Shown here: positions 1 to 7,652 of the stretch, one piece after another
Layout of the letters: every line of letters starts with the position of its first letter
Position numbering within the stretch: position 1 is the stretch's first letter
Source of the DNA: an uncultured Alphaproteobacteria bacterium
Lineage (GTDB): Bacteria > Pseudomonadota > Alphaproteobacteria > Rhizobiales > Xanthobacteraceae
NCBI GenBank assembly: GCA_963755885.1
Contig: CAVWLX010000016.1
Location: forward strand, 8,025 to 72,024
Reading direction: 5' to 3'
Length of the DNA: 64,000 nucleotides
Program-made: the position numbers and the translations under genes
The notes under the pieces: model-generated
The model's input: only the letters and a program-made list of their open reading frames with translations
Databases searched by the model: none
Told to the model about the DNA's origin: nothing

Positions 1-907
1 GCTAACGGCGCGAGAGTTGCAGCGTGAACGGCGCAAGGCCGTGCCGGCATTCGTTGCCGCTCTTGGCGATAGCACTGAGGACCGCGCCGGCAAGTTCGCT
101 ATCTTGACCGCAGTGCGTGCCGCTGGGAGTACCGATGGTTCACGGAACTAAAGCGAAGCGATGTCACTGACCTACTCGACCAGATCGAGGACGATCATGG
201 TTCGCGCCAAGCCGACATGGTGCTAGCGATCATCAGCAAGATGTGCAACTGGTATCAGTCACGCAATGACGACTACGTGTCGCCCGTTGTGCGCGGCATG
301 GCCGCACCAAGAGGGACCGGCGGCCGTCAACGCATCCTCGACGATGATGAAATCCGCGCCTTGTGGAAAGCGAGCGCGGACATGCGCACGTTTGGTGCGA
401 TTGTAAAGTTGTTGTTACTGACGGGTCAGCGACGCGACAAGGTCGCGAAATTTCGCGGACGGCAAATGGGTGATCCCAATCGAGCCGCGTGAGAAGTCGA
501 ATGCAGGTACATTGCGATTACCCGCAATGGTGCTCGACATCATCAAGCAGCAGCCGGTCCTCGCCGATAATCCTTTTGCGTTCGCGGCCGGCAAGGGCAA
601 CGGTGAGTTCAACTCATTTAGGCAGCGCAAAGCCGAGCTGGACGAAAAATTACCGGACATGCCGGATTGGGTACTGCATGATTTGCGCAGGACCGTGCGT
701 TCATTAATGGCGAAAGCGGGAGTGGCCGACAACATCGCAGAACGCGTACTCGGCCATGTGATCGCTGGAATCCAAGGCATCTACAACCGGCACGACTACG
801 TTGAGGGAAAGGCCGACGCCTTTGGCAGATTGGCAGCACATGTCGAAACGATATTGAACCCTCCCGAGGGGAACGTCGTCGCGATGATGCCCAAACGTAA
901 GAAGTAG
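1..907 (+). pseudogene. P4-type tyrosine recombinase (phage integrase), multiply frameshifted; 5' end beyond window
   Basis: The integrase-like reading switches frames. Frame 2 near 2..150 switches to frame 1 (about 73..492: RWEYRWFTELKRSDV...DDDEIRALWKA...LLLLTGQRRDKV). It then returns to frame 2 (470..907), which carries the C-terminal catalytic motifs HDLRRT, LGH and YNRHDY. No single ORF spans the domain. Confidence 0.8.
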
Positions 908-1151
908 CCGACCACATCGAACGCCTGGGCGGCGCTGCGGCATATTCTTTTTGGTGAAATTGTTGTTCGCAGATTCAGGGCGATTGATGGAGCTCGGGCG
1001 GTCGGGGCGACCGATGATGACGATGATGTCGGCTTCGCCTGGCGTCGACGACCCCGTACCTCGCCGCGCTCGACCGGCGCCGGCGATCGATCGCCAAATT
1101 CCGCAGCACTGACAATGTGGTCTGCGTCGTCCTCTCGTCTGATCTAGAGTG

Positions 1152-1736
1152 CTACCGTCCCTTCGCAGAACTCCGAACTGCCGAACCGAGTTGATAATCG
1201 ATTCCGGTCATCCGGATTCGCCACCGCAAAAGGTCAGGGCTTACGCCGAAGTACGTGGCCGCCTCCTCATCCGGGAGACGCTGACGGCGCATCCATAGAA
1301 GCGCAGAGCGCGGCAGCAACAGTGTTCCTCCGAGCCATGCTGCTTCGTCCTCTTGGTCCTGGTCGTAGGAGCTGGGCACAAAGTCTCCGCCATCCGTGAA
1401 CATCGCCGACGCGAGTTCATGCCCTAAAATTATGTGCGCAAGTTCATGCATGAGAACACTGTTCTGCCTCCTCGCGGACTGAGCAGAGTTCAAAACGACG
1501 AGGTGGCGCACGCCAATCCGCAAAGTAAATCCAGACCATTCCTCCCTGCCTTGACCGAGGAGTTGCTGTAGGTCGCCGACCGGAAATCCCGTGATGTCCT
1601 GGGGATGCCAGACAGTCACGCTGTAGTGGCGGGCGACATCATCGGCCGGAAGAGGATCGAGAGGTCGACGCGCCAGCAGTCGCCGGAGCTCAGCCGACCT
1701 TCTTTCGCATTGTGATTTGAATCCGCGCCTCAGCAC
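1152..1736 (-). CDS. ImmA/IrrE-family zinc metallopeptidase
   Basis: HEXXH motif in 'VLMHELAHIILGHEL'. About 190 aa. The GTG start overlaps the TAG stop of the upstream XRE gene by 1 nt (translational coupling), the classic XRE-ImmA pair layout. Confidence 0.8.
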   Translation of the reverse strand: MLRRGFKSQCERRSAELRRLLARRPLDPLPADDVARHYSVTVWHPQDITGFPVGDLQQLLGQGREEWSGFTLRIGVRHLVVLNSAQSARRQNSVLMHELAHIILGHELASAMFTDGGDFVPSSYDQDQEDEAAWLGGTLLLPRSALLWMRRQRLPDEEAATYFGVSPDLLRWRIRMTGIDYQLGSAVRSSAKGR

Positions 1737-2158
1737 TACTCGTGACCGGCAGCATCGATTTCCGAAAATTGCTTGTAAGCCGCGAGGATGAGGTTTCCGA
1801 GCGCCTTCGAGGTTTTTTGACTGATTGCGCGGTCCTTCTTGAACACGACCTGAAAGCTGGACGTCCCCGCCGGCTGCGGTTTGGATGCCGCGCCGAAATA
1901 TTCCGCCGGGTCAACGCCGAGCCACCGACACACCTTTCGCAAGGTCTCAAGGTCTGGAACCCGTCCGTGTTCGATGCGGGATAAGGTAGCCGGGCTTATG
2001 CCAATCTCGCTGGCGGCCGCTCGAATGCCCATGCTGCCACGCTTCTGCTGGAGCAGGTTGCCCAAGGTTTTCGGGTTCATTTTGGCCCCATCAATGGTTT
2101 TCCGTGTCTGAAATAAGTGTTGCATGGGAGAGACGAATCGTGAGATCGTCTCTCCCAT
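1736..2158 (-). CDS. XRE-family helix-turn-helix transcriptional regulator (ImmR-like)
   Basis: HTH_XRE signature 'LGNLLQQKRGSMGIRAAASEIGISPATLSRIEHGRVPDLETLRKVCRWLGV'. The maximal ORF starts at 2158. The true start is probably ATG 2080 (MNPKTLGNLL), because codons 1-12 lie inside a 14-bp perfect inverted repeat. Confidence 0.8.
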   Translation of the reverse strand: MGETISRFVSPMQHLFQTRKTIDGAKMNPKTLGNLLQQKRGSMGIRAAASEIGISPATLSRIEHGRVPDLETLRKVCRWLGVDPAEYFGAASKPQPAGTSSFQVVFKKDRAISQKTSKALGNLILAAYKQFSEIDAAGHE

Positions 2159-2159
2159 G
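2123..2159. promoter_or_regulatory. 14-bp perfect inverted repeat (candidate operator or 5'-leader hairpin) between the XRE gene and the divergent small ORF
   Basis: CATGGGAGAGACGA (2123-2136), a 9-nt spacer, then TCGTCTCTCCCATG (2146-2159), read directly from the sequence. Confidence 0.5.
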
Positions 2160-2254
2160 AGACACTCGAATCACGGCGCTCGCCCTCCGTCAAGGCCGGG
2201 AGCTTCGGAAGCGAGTGAAAATCCTGTGCAAACCAACGGGACGTTGGCGCTTGC

Positions 2255-2473
2255 GTGGAGATTGCAATGAGCAAGAAGCACTGCAATGTCGGCTTAGACG
2301 ACCGTTGCCGAGACCGGGACGGCGAAATCCGCCAGAAGCGCGGCGACACGCTTGTAGGAACTTTACGCGAGAGCTACCCGGACTTCGCGCCGGGCGTCCG
2401 TAGCGACACACGCTTGGACACGTTGCGCGAGCGCACGGGCAAATCGCTCTCTGAATTGATAAAGAAACGCTGA
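2255..2473 (+). CDS. small basic hypothetical protein (about 68-72 aa)
   Basis: ORF 'MSKKHCNVGLDDRCRDRDGEIRQKRGDTLVGTLRESYPDFAPGVRSDTRLDTLRERTGKSLSELIKKR'. It is divergent from the XRE gene and lies 10 nt upstream of the DUF3892 ORF. No recognised domain. Confidence 0.5.
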   Translation: MEIAMSKKHCNVGLDDRCRDRDGEIRQKRGDTLVGTLRESYPDFAPGVRSDTRLDTLRERTGKSLSELIKKR

Positions 2474-2482
2474 AGCACGCCG

Positions 2483-2782
2483 ATGGCCGACGTACAAGTC
2501 ACCTGCATTGAAAAACCACACCCGCAAAGTCCCCACGAACATATCACCCACGTCGGCAACCCCGTCGGAGGGTGGAAATGGCCGCGCGACAAGGTCATCG
2601 AAAGCATCGATGCCAAGAGCAACACGTTCTTCGTGATCGACCCGTTCAATCGCAAGCGCTCCGAGGTCGGCGTCGTTCGCCCAACTGGACGACACGCTTA
2701 TCTGCGTACCTATGCCGATGGCGACTGGAACAACAATCTGTTGTCGTTGGACCAATGTCCCATTGCGCTGAAGTCGAACTGA
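2483..2782 (+). CDS. DUF3892 domain protein
   Basis: 99 aa. The pattern 'HEHITHVG...GGWKW....VIESI......FFV......V.VV.......YLRTYADGDWNNNLLSL..C' matches my recollection of the DUF3892 family signature. Confidence 0.6.
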   Translation: MADVQVTCIEKPHPQSPHEHITHVGNPVGGWKWPRDKVIESIDAKSNTFFVIDPFNRKRSEVGVVRPTGRHAYLRTYADGDWNNNLLSLDQCPIALKSN

Positions 2783-2801
2783 TGGCCGTCAGTTAAATCA
2801 T

Positions 2802-2830
2802 TGTCGCCTAAGTGTGTCGCCTGTGTCGCC
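2802..2830 (+). repeat. three direct TGTCGCC repeats (candidate integrase/excisionase arm-type sites), copy 1
   Basis: TGTCGCC occurs at 2802, 2815 and 2824 (spacings 13 and 9). The same architecture recurs at 4990, 5003 and 5012. Confidence 0.6.
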
Positions 2831-2867
2831 TATCCCGATCATAAGCGATTGATTTCACTCACTCCGC

Positions 2868-2917
2868 CTCCCTTGGTAAGGGAGAGGTCCTCAGTTCAAT
2901 CCTGAGCGGCAGCACCA
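2868..2917 (+). repeat. att copy 1: 3' half of tRNA-Thr(GGU) (anticodon arm to CCA), not a complete tRNA
   Basis: Anticodon stem CTCCC / loop TTGGTAA / stem GGGAG. Variable loop AGGTC. T arm CTCAG-TTCAATC-CTGAG. Acceptor 3' strand CGGCAGC, discriminator A, CCA. No matching acceptor 5' strand or D arm lies upstream. Positions 2873-2917 are identical to 5061-5105. Confidence 0.8.
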
Positions 2918-2927
2918 TAGAAACCAT

Positions 2928-3505
2928 TTGCTCAATCCGTTCGCCAAGATCGTGCCGCAGCGAGCCCCGCAAGAGAAGCAAGCAGCCAAACGCCGGCCGC
3001 TCGATGATGCGGACCTCAAGGCATGCAAGGCCAAGCTGGGCGTGCTGAGCAAGTCCGACCAGTTGATGTTCCGACTTTTGGAGGCCACCGGAATGCGCCT
3101 GGGCGAAGCCTTCCACATCAACGGTGAAGAACCGAGCAACGGCGGCCCGCGGTTCGTGGTTGTCGGCAACAAGACTGAGAACAGTTGCGCCGCGTACCGC
3201 TTCCCGGAAGCGGGTTGCCGTACCTGCCAGCCATCATCAAGGGACCATTGTTTGTGGGCACGGAAGGCGCCGCGTCGCATCGCTTCACTGAATTTTTGCG
3301 TGAGACGGTCGGAATCACCGATCCGAAAAAGGTGCTGTACTCCCTTCGCCATCGCGCCAAGGATCGTTTGCGCGACCTCGATTGCCCGGACAAGATCGCC
3401 GAAGCTTTGTTTGGTCGCGATGAGCCGACGATGGGCGACGACTACGGCAAGGGCTTCTCAATCAGCAAACTGAAAAAGTGGGTGGACAAGATCAGCGCGC
3501 TGTGA
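2928..3505 (+). pseudogene. tyrosine recombinase catalytic-domain fragment, frameshifted near 3185-3200 and N-terminally truncated
   Basis: Frame 3 reads '...LLEATGMRLGEAFHI...VVVGNKTENS'. Frame 2 then reads 'RRVPLP...YSLRHRAKDRL...LFGRDEPTMGDDYGKG'. The R...HxxR...Y catalytic residues are split over two frames. Confidence 0.75.
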
Positions 3506-3520
3506 CGCGTCGGGTTCTAG

Positions 3521-3922
3521 GTGGCGGCACAACGCGAATTGACATACAATCAGCGCGGGAAGGGGCTTTCCGTGCGGATCATCGCCGCGTTTACACTCGC
3601 CTTGGCACTTGCCGGATGCACGTCACCGCAGCGAGAAGCCGAAATAACCGCCGAACGCAATGCCATAATGCAGAAAACCGACGACTGTCTCGTCCGGGAA
3701 AGCATAGCTGTCGCTCCGCAACCCGTCGATCTAGACACAGCCGCGCTCGCGGTTTTGGCGCGCTGCGATTACCCCGGCGTGCTTGAACGGTCCTTTATCG
3801 CTGAACATCCCGGTCAGCGTGAGTTCGTTCAAGCAGAGGCCCAAAAACTCTATGCCAGCATTCTCGACACCACTAAGCGCGGGGTCGCCATGCTGCGAAC
3901 CAAAGCCGCTCCGCGGCAGTGA
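3521..3922 (+). CDS. putative lipoprotein
   Basis: Lipobox 'LALAGC' follows a hydrophobic h-region. The likely start is GTG 3572, preceded by GGGAAGGGG. No recognised domain. Confidence 0.55.
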   Translation: MAAQRELTYNQRGKGLSVRIIAAFTLALALAGCTSPQREAEITAERNAIMQKTDDCLVRESIAVAPQPVDLDTAALAVLARCDYPGVLERSFIAEHPGQREFVQAEAQKLYASILDTTKRGVAMLRTKAAPRQ

Positions 3923-4033
3923 GCATTTAAGCAGCGTCGTGTAGTCCATTTTAGGACCCCCGGAATCAGCCGTGCGCCGTAAGGTGCGAGCAAAGAAACG
4001 CCGAAGGTGAACGGTGTAAGCGGTTGAGCGACC

Positions 4034-4303
4034 TCAAAGTCTATACCGACGCTTCGCACGTTGGAGGTCTTGAACTTCCTTTGCTCTCGATTCTTCAACG
4101 TGCACAAGCAGCAAACCATGTCGATGATCGCGCATCCAAAAGAACCCGGCGTCGCCTAAAGAAGCGAGCGCGGTGCATGCCGCCGATTCCTGCACGACGC
4201 CGTAGATATCGCGTCGGTCAGGGAACGTCCAAGCGATGTAGCAGTCGGTGAAGCGGCGATGATCGTGGTGAACGGCCTCGACGAAATCCTGTTTAGTCCC
4301 CAT
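4034..4303 (-). CDS. hypothetical protein (89 aa)
   Basis: ORF of balanced composition in the lower-GC cargo, divergent from the 4259..4681 ORF. No motif recognised. Confidence 0.3.
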   Translation of the reverse strand: MGTKQDFVEAVHHDHRRFTDCYIAWTFPDRRDIYGVVQESAACTALASLGDAGFFWMRDHRHGLLLVHVEESRAKEVQDLQRAKRRYRL

Positions 4304-4681
4304 GATGTGTCATCTTTGTGCCAGAGTGCGGAGCAGTTTTTGATGTTTATCCGATTCGGTCGCGGCCGCGAAAGGAAAATGCTGAAAACGAGGCTGAAGG
4401 CGCTGGGCATTGACCCCAAAAGCTTTTCAGAAAGTCTGCTCAACGATCTCATCGAGGTTGGCACCACGCTGAGCACGATGAAATCGGAAGATGCGGTCGA
4501 AGGAATCGCCGTGAATGTTGCATGGATTTGTTTTGGTGAAGGTGGGCATGCGGCGACAGAGATTGCGGCGGCCGTCGAACGCGGGTACCCGCATGTTTCC
4601 GTTTTTTGGGAGATACTGGCGCAGCATGACCCCAAGCGTTTCGCATTGAGCGAGCTTGAAACGACACAATATGTGAGTTGA
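4259..4681 (+). CDS. hypothetical protein (likely start ATG 4379, 'MLKTRLKALGIDPKSF')
   Basis: Its composition is protein-like. The overlapping 230-aa minus-strand ORF is Ser/Arg-rich and looks spurious. Confidence 0.45.
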   Translation: MIVVNGLDEILFSPHDVSSLCQSAEQFLMFIRFGRGRERKMLKTRLKALGIDPKSFSESLLNDLIEVGTTLSTMKSEDAVEGIAVNVAWICFGEGGHAATEIAAAVERGYPHVSVFWEILAQHDPKRFALSELETTQYVS

Positions 4682-4989
4682 CTCGCGAGGGACGGACGCT
4701 GATTTCCGGTTAAAGGCGGCGATGTTTGTTTGTTTGCTCGCGCCCAAACTCGGCGCGACAGCCATCTGCTCTCACTGAGGCGGTCACTCATCCTCACCGT
4801 AGAGCCATGGTTCGAAGTCGTGCGGGATTGCCAACTCCGGCCGCTCACGCACGGCGACGACGGCCAGGCCTTCGCGCATATGGCTGACCAAGATCGTCCA
4901 TGCGGGATTCGCTAATCTTGATGTTGCAGCTCTTGCACACCCACGCGGTGGCTGCTTCAATCCGAACGGTTTCCAGATCACTGCCGGTC

Positions 4990-5018
4990 TGTCGCCAATT
5001 GCTGTCGCCTCTGTCGCC
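4990..5018 (+). repeat. three direct TGTCGCC repeats, copy 2
   Basis: TGTCGCC occurs at 4990, 5003 and 5012, the same 13/9 spacing as copy 1. The shared 18-mer TAAGCGATTGATTTCACT follows at 5030-5047 (copy 1: 2842-2859). Confidence 0.6.
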
Positions 5019-5055
5019 TAAATGCGAGCTAAGCGATTGATTTCACTTAATCCGG

Positions 5056-5105
5056 CTTCCTTGGTAAGGGAGAGGTCCTCAGTTCAATCCTGAGCGGCAG
5101 CACCA
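5056..5105 (+). repeat. att copy 2: 3' half of tRNA-Thr(GGU); junction to core chromosome
   Basis: Same 50 nt as 2868..2917 except one substitution in the anticodon-stem 5' strand (CTTCC vs CTCCC) that keeps pairing. Three more substitutions lie just upstream (5048-5055 vs 2860-2867). Positions 5061-5105 are identical to 2873-2917. Confidence 0.8.
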
Positions 5106-5191
5106 CCTCAATCGGCAACAAACACGTTGTCACGCTCCGCAAGACGACCTCTAATCGATGTACTGTTGCGGCGTTCTTAAGGTGCTCCCCC

Positions 5192-6112
5192 GTGGTGATG
5201 CGAATACATTCGCGGGCCATAATTTATTTCGACATGGTCCGTCGGTGCGGCTCGGTTCGACAAGCCTCCCGACGTTTGAATGTCTCGGCATCCGCCGTTA
5301 ATCGACAATTGCTTTACCTGGAAGCCGAAGTCGGAGCGCCGTTGTTCGAGCGACTACCCGGCGGCATGAAGCTCACCCCGGCCGGCGAAGTATTGGCGCG
5401 GCATTCGATCACGGTGATTCAGGACGCCCAACGCACAGCGTCCGAATTCGACAATCTCCGCGGCGTCCGGCGCGGCAAGGTCACACTGATCACCGTTGAA
5501 GGCGTGAACTCCGATTTCCTTCCCTCGATCATCGGGCGCATGTTGCAGCTCTACCCTATGATCGAGATCGAGGCGACGACGGCCGGCTCGACCGACATTC
5601 CGCCGGTGGTGTTGTCTGGCGACGCCGACATCGGCCTGGCGTTTTCGCTGCCCCGGAACGAGAACTTACAGCAGCGCGCGGTTGGCAAATTTCGCATCGG
5701 CGCTGTTGTTCAGCCCGGCCATCCATTGACCCAGGAGCGTCGTGTTACGTTCGCGGCTTGCGCGCGCTATCCCCTGATCCTTGGGGCGCCACCGTTGTCC
5801 ATCCATGCGTCTATGGAGCCGCTGTTGCGGCGCCATAGGGCGCCGCTCAAGAAGGTGGTTCAGGCGACATCGATTGAACTCATGAAATCGCTCGCCCTGC
5901 GAGGCTTGGGCGTCGCCTTCCAAACCGCCTTCGGTCTTGAAGCAGAGCTTCGCGATGGATTGCTGGTCCATCTTCCACTGCACGATCCCGTGCCTTTGGT
6001 GTCGGAATTGGGCGCCTATGTCCGCGCCGGCCGACCGTTGCCCAGCGCGGTCGACGCATTCCTGAACGTGCTGAGCGACGAGCTTTCGGCGCGCCAGGCC
6101 GGCGAGCCCTAA
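5192..6112 (+). CDS. LysR-family transcriptional regulator
   Basis: N-terminal HTH 'IIYFDMVRRCGSVRQASRRLNVSASAVNRQLLYLEAEVGAPLFERLPGGMKLTPAG' followed by a LysR substrate-binding-type C-terminal domain. Confidence 0.9.
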   Translation: MVMRIHSRAIIYFDMVRRCGSVRQASRRLNVSASAVNRQLLYLEAEVGAPLFERLPGGMKLTPAGEVLARHSITVIQDAQRTASEFDNLRGVRRGKVTLITVEGVNSDFLPSIIGRMLQLYPMIEIEATTAGSTDIPPVVLSGDADIGLAFSLPRNENLQQRAVGKFRIGAVVQPGHPLTQERRVTFAACARYPLILGAPPLSIHASMEPLLRRHRAPLKKVVQATSIELMKSLALRGLGVAFQTAFGLEAELRDGLLVHLPLHDPVPLVSELGAYVRAGRPLPSAVDAFLNVLSDELSARQAGEP

Positions 6113-6210
6113 AAAGGGGCGCTACATTTTCGGCAACAGCGGACGCTCTTTTATGTGACTATGCGAGCACCCAATGATCGTCTAGGCGTAGCTGTTGACA
6201 AAAATCCTTA

Positions 6211-7197
6211 TTGGAGACGACGATGACTATGCTCGCTGCGAAGACCATCGCAAGCAACTCGCTTCCCGTCATCGATATCGCCGGCCTCGCAGGCGATTTC
6301 GCTGCCCGCCGCTTGGTCGCGCATCAGCTGCGCGCGGCATGCGTCGATACCGGGTTCTTCTACATCAAAGGACACGGCACACCGCCCTCGCTCATTGAGA
6401 CGTTATTTCATCAATCGCGCACCTTCTTTGCCCTTCCGATGGAGCAGAAACTTGCTCTGGCCATGGCCAATTCGCCCTGCCGGCACGGCTACGAGCCTTT
6501 GAAAGCACAAACGCTTGAGTCCGGCGCGCCTCCGGATCTGAAGGAAGGATACCTCGCCGGCGAAGACCTCGCCGCCGACCACCCGGCGGCGCTGAACGAT
6601 CCCGGCAATGTCGGCCCGAACCAGTGGCCGCCGCAGCTTCCGAGCTTCAAGGAAGTTATGATTTCTTATCTCGCCGAGATGAAGGGCTTGACCAAAACGC
6701 TTATGCGCGGCCTGGCGTTATCGCTCGATCTCGAAGAGGATTATTTCGACGATTTCTGCCGCGATCCCGTCCTGACATTGCGTCTGCTGCACTATCCGCC
6801 GCAACCAGCCAATCCGGCACCCAATGAAAAAGGCTGCGGCGCGCATACCGATTGGGGGGGAATTACGGTCCTCCTGCAGGACGACGCCGGTGGACTGCAA
6901 GTTCGGCACGCCGACGGCTCGTGGATTTCGGCGCCGCCGCTTGCCGGGACTTTCGTGGTCAATATTGGTGATCTGTTCGCCCGCTGGACCAACAATCTCT
7001 ATCGTTCAACGGTTCACCGCGTGGTCAATGCTTCGGGCCGTGATCGCTACTCAGTGCCGTTCTTTCTCGACGGGCGTTCGGACCACCTGGTGTCCTGCAT
7101 CCCGACGTGCGCGGGTGAAAGGCGCCATTTCCCGGATACCACCGTTCGCGGTCATCTCGAAGAAATGGTTCGGCGCACTTATGAGGCGGCGGTGTGA
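6211..7197 (+). CDS. 2-oxoglutarate/Fe(II)-dependent oxygenase (isopenicillin N synthase-like family)
   Basis: 'LPVIDIAGL' N-terminal motif. HxD...H iron triad in 'GAHTDWGGITVLLQDDAGGLQV' and 'STVHRVVN'. Confidence 0.85.
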   Translation: METTMTMLAAKTIASNSLPVIDIAGLAGDFAARRLVAHQLRAACVDTGFFYIKGHGTPPSLIETLFHQSRTFFALPMEQKLALAMANSPCRHGYEPLKAQTLESGAPPDLKEGYLAGEDLAADHPAALNDPGNVGPNQWPPQLPSFKEVMISYLAEMKGLTKTLMRGLALSLDLEEDYFDDFCRDPVLTLRLLHYPPQPANPAPNEKGCGAHTDWGGITVLLQDDAGGLQVRHADGSWISAPPLAGTFVVNIGDLFARWTNNLYRSTVHRVVNASGRDRYSVPFFLDGRSDHLVSCIPTCAGERRHFPDTTVRGHLEEMVRRTYEAAV

Positions 7198-7232
7198 GGA
7201 GCGCGAAAAAGTGCGAATGAGGGCGTCATGCA

Positions 7233-7649
7233 GTGGCCCGGAAGAGACCGATGGCTGAACTCGGCTATCTAAATATCATCGCTGACGACCTGATTGGGCT
7301 CGCGGGCTTTTACGCCGATGTCTTCGGGCTTGAGGAGATCGTCGCCAGCCGTTCGCCGATATTTCGCGGGCTTAAGACCAAGAAAGCGAACATCGGGTTC
7401 AACGCTCACGAAGCTTATGAGTTGCTTAATCTGCACAAATCGAATGACGGAGCCGGGAGCAAGTCATTCATGACATTCGACGTGGACAGCGTCGAAGAGG
7501 TCGATCGTCTAACCCCCGTAGCGGTCAAAAAGGGCGCGACGCTTCTGAAAGCGCCCTTCACGACCTACTACGGGTGGTACCAGTCGGTCTTGCTCGATCC
7601 GGAGGGCAATGCGTTCCGGATCAATTTCGGAACCGCAACCCGGAGTTAA
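7233..7649 (+). CDS. VOC (glyoxalase/bleomycin-resistance/dioxygenase) family protein
   Basis: About 130 aa. 'LGYLNIIADDL...FYADVFGLEE' and 'GWYQSVLLDPEGNAFRI' are typical VOC beta-alpha-beta-beta-beta modules. The likely start is ATG 7251. Confidence 0.7.
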   Translation: MARKRPMAELGYLNIIADDLIGLAGFYADVFGLEEIVASRSPIFRGLKTKKANIGFNAHEAYELLNLHKSNDGAGSKSFMTFDVDSVEEVDRLTPVAVKKGATLLKAPFTTYYGWYQSVLLDPEGNAFRINFGTATRS

Positions 7650-7652
7650 ATC

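Larger units (their letters stand above)
1..2917 (+). mobile_element. Remnant integrative element A (int pseudogene, ImmA, XRE, small ORF, DUF3892); right end is a tRNA-Thr 3'-half att copy, left end off-window
   Basis: The integrase lies at the left and the att copy (2868..2917) at the right. The cargo is typical of prophage/ICE regulatory modules. Confidence 0.6.
2918..5105 (+). mobile_element. Remnant integrative element B (truncated int pseudogene plus three small ORFs), bounded by the two att copies
   Basis: The integrase fragment starts 11 nt after att copy 1. The element ends with the same arm-plus-att architecture at 4990..5105. Confidence 0.6.

Noticed and set aside
2802-2830. TGTCGCC x3 considered as a mini CRISPR or iteron array
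   Set aside because: The units are only 7 bp with 2-6 bp spacers, and there are no cas or rep genes. Their position next to att cores fits recombinase arm sites better.
4156-4848. 230-aa minus-strand ORF across element B cargo
   Set aside because: It is Ser/Arg/Thr-rich and low-complexity. It overlaps a more protein-like plus-strand ORF and has no motifs.
5001-5105. Possible full-length tRNA: GCTGTCG at 5001-5007 can pair with the acceptor 3' strand CGGCAGC
   Set aside because: The span would be 105 nt with no D arm and no canonical position 8-26 region. GCTGTCG is one of the TGTCGCC arm repeats. Copy 1 lacks the pairing. Only the 3' half is tRNA-derived.
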